DNA of 64,000 nt, taken from the human T2T-CHM13v2.0 reference genome, Homo sapiens. Every line of letters starts with the position of its first letter. The stretch's first letter is position 1. Below, one piece after another: positions 56,899 through 64,000 of the stretch. Both the position numbers and the translations under genes were made by a program. The notes beneath the pieces are model-generated. The model ran no database searches. It was not told the origin of the DNA and saw only the letters and a list, made by a program, of their open reading frames with translations. The stretch lies in NCBI RefSeq assembly GCF_009914755.1, contig NC_060925.1; one strand, given 5' to 3'.

Positions 56899-57384
56899 CC
56901 ACAGCCTCAGCCCTGCCCAGGGTGCCCCCTAAGTCCCCAAGCATTTCCACTCCATCCATTCTGTAGCTGATCATCCTAAATCACCAGGCAAACAGGAATA
57001 CTTTACCTCCCAGGTTTGACTTTCAATGCCCTCCAGACCTCAGCCCAGGCTACATGCCCAGCCCCACCTTCTGCTCCCTGGGGGGAACCTTCTGCTCCAG
57101 CCACTTCTGTCCTCTCAATGTCCTCTCTTGCTGACCTGCAACTTTTCACCTCCCAGCCTTCACTCCTGCTTTTCCCTTAGCCTGGGATAACCTCTCCATG
57201 CCCCCACTTATACAAAGAGTAACTTGCCCTCAAGGCCACTTCAAGGTCCACATTTTGTGTGAAGCCTTTCCAGGGCTACTATAGGTCTGTTCTGTGATAC
57301 ATAAAATGTAATATCCCCCCTCTCTAGAATTACTTTTCAACTAGAATCATAGTTTTGGGGGAGATTTTTTTTGGAAGGCATTAT

Positions 57385-57590
57385 AAAGTAGAAATTAAAC
57401 ATGGGCTTTGGAATCAGAGAGCTTAGTTACAATCCTGGCTTCCTATAACTTTGTGACCTTGAGTAAATGTCTTGACTTCTGTAAGCGCAGGTTTCTTCAT
57501 GAGTAAAATGTGGCTAACTATACCCATAACTAAGTTATTGGGATGGTGTATGTAAGTCACTTTACATAATGCCAAGCACACAATATGAAT
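57385..57590 (+). mobile_element. MIR
   Basis: gggctttggaatcaga...tgtgaccttgagtaaat...gtttcttcatgagtaaaatg. Confidence 0.75.
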
Positions 57591-59347
57591 AGCTGTGGGA
57601 CCCTTGTCCTTGTTGATGTGGGGGAATAGTTTAGAGTGACAATTTGTTGTTTTATGAGCATGTCCTCCAGAAAAAGAGAGCACCCAGTCAAAGGATAGAT
57701 TCCATGGCTATCTGAACTTCCACTGCACTCATCCCTAGGGGTTCTAGTACCTCAGTACGCACCCCCATTCCTTCTCTCCAGGGTCCCTTCCAAATCCTAG
57801 GAAGGGGCTCTACCCTCGGGTCCATGGGATAGTGGTTTATGGGCACATACTTACTGTAAGTGTCTAGTGTCAGAACTCTACACAAGAAAGACACTAAACA
57901 TGGGGTTAGCTCCTTGCCTTCTTGTTTTAAGTTGCCCAGTCTCCATCCTCAGTAGACCTCCCTGTAAACAACCCATTCTGGCAGGAATCTAACAGTCTAA
58001 AGGGCTCTCCAGTAAATTCTACCATAACACCAGGAATTCTTGCCTGTCCTTAAAAATGCAGCTTTGTGCATACATAGATTTTTTTGTACAGCAGGCTTTG
58101 TCCCTCTCCTTATCTGAAGGCCATGGGACAGTGGGTGGCCACGAATCTGCAGGGGGCTCCCCTTCTGTCCTTCCCTGAACATCCTCTGGATGAAACAACC
58201 ATAGCAAAACTGACCTGGGAGGAAGAGCAATGAGCCCATGCATGAAATACTAGTGTTTAGCTGCCTAGTCTCAAAGCAATTGTTTAAGTAGGGGCCTCAG
58301 CCATGCTAATAGCTATTATCATAGGACCTTATGTCTATTAATGTCTCCTCAGCAGAAGGAAATGCAAACTTATGACATTCTGATTGTGATAAGCAGCACA
58401 CTTTCACCTACGAGGGGCTGTAATCGAAGCAGAAGTGCCTCACAAATTAACTAGCAGTCGCCCACACATCAAGCACAGAAGATACTTTCTCTATCATAGG
58501 TAAGAAAGGGACTTATTTCTCATCCTGGAGCATCAGTGGCTGTGTCAGCCCCACCACAGCTTCTGATGGGACTGGAGCTACACTGACATGTATGATTAAA
58601 GCTCCATGTTATACCGCAGTGGCTGAGTTTTCAAGGAGATGGAGGAAACCTCACAGGACCCCTGGGGCAGGACACAACACTGCTCCTCAGAACATTCCTT
58701 TTAAAAAAGTTGTCATGAAATCCAATTAACCAGCTGGAAGGCCATCGTGGGCAGGCCTCCTCAGGGTTAATAAATAATAGAATATGCCCTACATTGGAAG
58801 GGGCATCTCTCTTTTCTAAGCTTGCAGGCTGTGACAAGGGCTCCTGGCAGGAAGAGACATGTACTACCACCACGTCCTGGTCCCTAAAACTTTGGTGAGT
58901 CCAGCAGTGAAGGTCCCCTAGACAGATGCCCAGAGTCCTGGGGGTACCTTCCCCCTCCCCTACACCGTAAGCCACAAATTCATCAACCCAGCCCCAGGTA
59001 TGAGGGAATGAGGGGTCCTGTCTTGAGAGAACAGAGCATTAGAATGGGGTCAGGAGCTTTAGTTCTAGCTCCCGGTCAGTCTCATTGTCAGGCAAGCTGT
59101 TCACAGGCTCCTGTTCCCAGCTGAACAAGACTGATGGTAGAGAAGACTTCAAAGTGGGCACAGCAGGCTCTCTCTCACTGGTCCCCTCTCCGTGGCTGAT
59201 CCCCCCGTGGGGAACACTTTACTTCTGTTAGACCAGCACTGCTCAATAAAAATACGATGCGAATCATGAATGTCATTTTCAATTTTCTAGTAGTCACATT
59301 AAAAAAAAAAGTTCATTAAAAAAAGTGACATTAATTTTAATAATAAA

Positions 59348-59747
<400 letters not shown>

Positions 59748-61555
59748 TAAAAAATAAAAAAAAGTTTTAAATTATAAAACATTTAAATAATATATTTTAT
59801 TTAACCCAAATATACACAAATTATTGTCATTTTAACATGTAATCAATATAAACATTTTGACTGAGATATTTTATATTCTTTTTTGTCTTGTACTAAGTCT
59901 GAAATCTGGTGTCTAGTTTACAATGACAACACATATCAATTAGGACAAGACACATTTCAATTTCAATGCTCAATAGCCACATACTGCTAGTGGCTACCAT
60001 ATCGGACAAGTCAAGGCCTGGATCTCCGTGATCCCTTGTACAGGGAATCATGCAGCTCCCATCTGGCTCACAACCACATCCCCTCTCCTCTGGGCCCTCT
60101 GGGCACCATGTTCTTGCTTCTTGGGGACCCTTAGCCCATCCCCCTAGTTCACTCCCAGGGACTGCCCAGTGAAAACTACCCGGCACCAGAGGGTCAACGT
60201 TTTGGGGCTGGCCGGCTCTGATCTACACCCTCCAGCATCATCCCCACGGCCCAGAGAGGGTTGTGTGGGACTATCCTAGAGTGGCAGAGTCAAGGACAGG
60301 GGAGGCAGGTTGGGGGAGAGGAGGAGTTGCAGACAGTAGCTCCAGTAGTTTCTGGAGTGGTGAGGGCTTTAGTTAGAAGCAGACTGAGGAGCCTTTAATC
60401 CTCTCTGTTACCAGAGAGGAAAATGTGGGTGGCAAGTAAAGTCTTGTCAGGGAAAATACTGGCAGGAAGGTGAGCCACATGCCCGAGTAATCGCCGACTC
60501 CACCGCTCTCCTTTGATGTAGCACCTCGGTGCCATGCAGGCCAGGCCAGGCCTGTGACAGACAGGCCCTTCCTGGGCGATTGCAACTGTGTGTGTATGTG
60601 TGTGAGTGTGTATCCTGGCTCCTTCTCAAGCTGCAGATGCCCGTCTCTGCATGCCCTCAATCTGACAGCATCCCAAGGGGAGTGAGTCCTAGGTTCATGC
60701 TTTCTGAACCTCACATTTAGACATGTGGCCTAAGAAATTAGGAGTGTCACGGAGTGGACCACAGGCTGGGACAGATGATACTGTACTCACCATGCCCGTC
60801 CTACTTCCTTGACTGCTGTCTGCTACCTAGTGGAATAGCAGTGGATGAATGAGCACGTGACTGTTCCAGACAGTGGGCAGGCTCGGTCAGCAAAGTAGAA
60901 GAGGGCGCTGCAGACAGCAAAGAGCTCCAGTGGAAGTGCTGTTTATGGGCCTGGAACAGTGGAACAGGATGAAGCCTCAATAAGGTCCCATGGGAGGGTG
61001 AGAGTCACCCATTTGTAAGAGACAACATTACTGGGGTCCAGTTCTCAGGCCCTTGTGTGGTACCAGGAACTCTGCCAGCTCTAGCCTGATGTTGCCACAA
61101 TCCCTCAGGCTTTAGAAAAAGGAAGGGAGCTGGCTGATTGATCACTCTTATACAACACTTTACAGTTTACAAAAAACTTTCACCTCTATTACGGTGTAAT
61201 TCTCCCAACAATTCTATAGTGTTGGCAGGACAGGTATTGTTATCCTTATTTTATAGGTGAGAAAACTGTGGCTCAATGAAGGGAAACACTCTTTCCAGGG
61301 GCAGAGCCAAGATCAGCAGGCAGGCTTTTTCACAGAGCTCTCCAGAATCATTGCTCAAGCTGACCTTAGAGCAGGGCTCTTATAATTCGGGGGTCATAAA
61401 TCCCTTTGGGAGTCTGATTAAAAAAAAAAAAAGCTTTGAATCCTCTTACTGAATAATGGACTTCAAACAGTCCATGACCCCCTTGAAATTTTATAGAAAA
61501 TATTGTCTGTACAGTTTTTAGAGGGAGGGACTGGGGATGAAGGAAAAAGATCAGA

Positions 61556-61846
61556 TTTTTTTTTTTTTCAAGAGTCTTGCTCTGTTGCCCAGGCTGGAGT
61601 GCAGTGGCATGATCTCAGCTCACCACAGCCTCTGCTTCCTGGATTCAAGTGATTCTTCTGCCACGGCCTCCCGAGTAGCTGGGATCACAGGCTGCGCCGT
61701 CATGCCCAGCTAATTTTTATATTCTTAGTAGAGACGGGGTTTTGCCATGTTGGCCAGGCTCGTCTCAAACTCCTGACCTCAAGCAGTCCACCTGCCTCGG
61801 CCTTCCAAAGTGCTGGGATTACAGATGTGTGCCACTGCACCTGGCC
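61556..61846 (-). mobile_element. Alu (AluS-like)
   Basis: Alu consensus; TSD aaagatcagattttt. Confidence 0.93.
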
Positions 61847-61856
61847 AAAGATCAGA

Positions 61857-62215
<359 letters not shown>

Positions 62216-62224
62216 TGATCTAGA

Positions 62225-62345
62225 CCAACCTCTTCATTTGACAGATGAGGTAAATGAAGCCGAAAGATGGCCGGTGATTTGCCCAGGACTAGCATCAGAG
62301 CAGAAGTGGGACTTGAAATCTGAGTCAGTCTGCCCTTTCACTATA
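62225..62345 (-). mobile_element. MIR
   Basis: catttgacagatgagg..aatgaagcc...gtgatttgcccagg. Confidence 0.7.
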
Positions 62346-63378
62346 CACCAATTATAATGAGGTTTACAGATGCCTGAGCTGCTCCTGGCTCCAGGGAGCC
62401 CTAGCTTGGGAAACACCAAGCCCCTACACAATGAGATCCAGATTAAGAATGGATGTGTCATCCCAGCTCCACCGCTAGCCAGCTGCACAACTATCCCGCA
62501 CTCTCTGCACATCATTTTACCTTCCAGAGTAGCATTTTACCTTCCAGAGAGAAGCATTCCCTGACCTCCCTACTTCTGAGGAACAGTATGAGGAAGCAAG
62601 GACATGAAATGTGATGGAGCTCCAGAGATGGGGCAGGGGAGGGGAGGAAGAGGGAAGAACAGAAGACAGCAAGTGGTTGTTCAAAGAGGCTGGGGCTGGG
62701 CACTGGATAGATGGGATGGTTTTGTTTTATGCAGCCGTTTCATCTTCTGGGGCTAAATTTCCCCATCCCTCACACTGTAGGTAACGAGTCTCCTCAAACT
62801 CTGCCCTTGCATCCTCTGAATTGATCAGGGTCCTTCTTTGTAAAACAAAGCAAATATAAAAACCTGGAATCCTCCCCATCTGGTTTAAGCATGAGAGGAT
62901 TCAGTAAGGGTATTAAGAGGGCTGAAAAACAGACTAGAGTCTGAGCTTCCAGGATGACTCCCAGAGCCACACTGCAGATCTGGCTGCCAGGGGAGCAGCT
63001 GCCTCCGTCAGGAGCAGGAAGTTGCCAGTTCTAACCCATTCTGTGCCTGCTGTGATCTGGTGCCAGCAAAAAGGGAGGACCCCTTCCTGCCATGTCCCTG
63101 TCCCTAGGTAACTCTGTTCAGAGACAAAGATTAGCTCAGATTGGTGCGACTAGCACCCCTAGCAGCAACGGAAATGAAAAAATAAGGGCAGTTTTCTTTT
63201 GTTTTAGTTTTCATTGGAAAGGTAGGATGCATCCTTGAAAGACTATCAAAATATCAAGAGGGTGTTGAAAACATTTGGGCAGCCATGAATACGTCTATGA
63301 TAGTGCCCCTTGAGATGCTGGGGACATAGTCCCAGGAGACTTGCTATAACAACTGTATTTTGAGGTCTCTCATTTTAA

Positions 63379-63670
<292 letters not shown>

Positions 63671-64000
63671 AATTTCAACACATTTTTTAAAAATTCATTG
63701 ACTTCTGTATTATATGTGTATATATCTCTTATCATCTATCTAGAAATATATATATACATACACACATATACTATTTATAAGCACACATTGTATACATACA
63801 TGTTTTATTTACCATAATAATCACATTTCTCTAAAAATCAAGTAGAATTGGGGTGTTGAGGAGAATATTTGAAGCTAATCCTTCAGTTTCTCATAACCCT
63901 CAGCTACACACACACACACACACACAGGCCCTTAAAGATCTTAGAAGGAAGGGAGGCTAAATGTCCTGGTTTATCTGGAACAGGCCTGGTTTATGCCTAT

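Noticed and set aside
57849-57861. Palindrome acttac-t-gtaagt giving donor-like GTAAGT on both strands
   Set aside because: Short, with weak exon-side context and no paired acceptor identified; likely chance.

Overview
Human (primate) genomic DNA containing the complete SERTAD4 gene on the + strand. It has a non-coding exon 1 in a CpG island (~35.5-35.7 kb), three coding exons (40645-40819, 42177-42292, 44242-45021; 356 aa after manual splicing) and a long 3'UTR. An antisense lncRNA (SERTAD4-AS1/C1orf133-like) overlaps the promoter. The first 33 kb is intergenic and dense in Alu, L1, L2, MIR and LTR elements, and nearly all other ORFs in the track are repeat-derived. No new protein-coding system is visible. 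The best leads are regulatory: (1) a second, gene-less CpG island at ~54-55.8 kb with a perfect SOX-OCT composite site, a SOX site and paired E-boxes; (2) a ~73-bp duplication in the 3'UTR that doubles a miR-218 8mer site; (3) an intact piggyBac-derived MER85 in intron 2; (4) a chain of strong minus-strand splice sites near 55.8-56.2 kb suggesting a spliced antisense RNA. Repeat subfamily names are recalled from consensus sequences and repeat boundaries are approximate.
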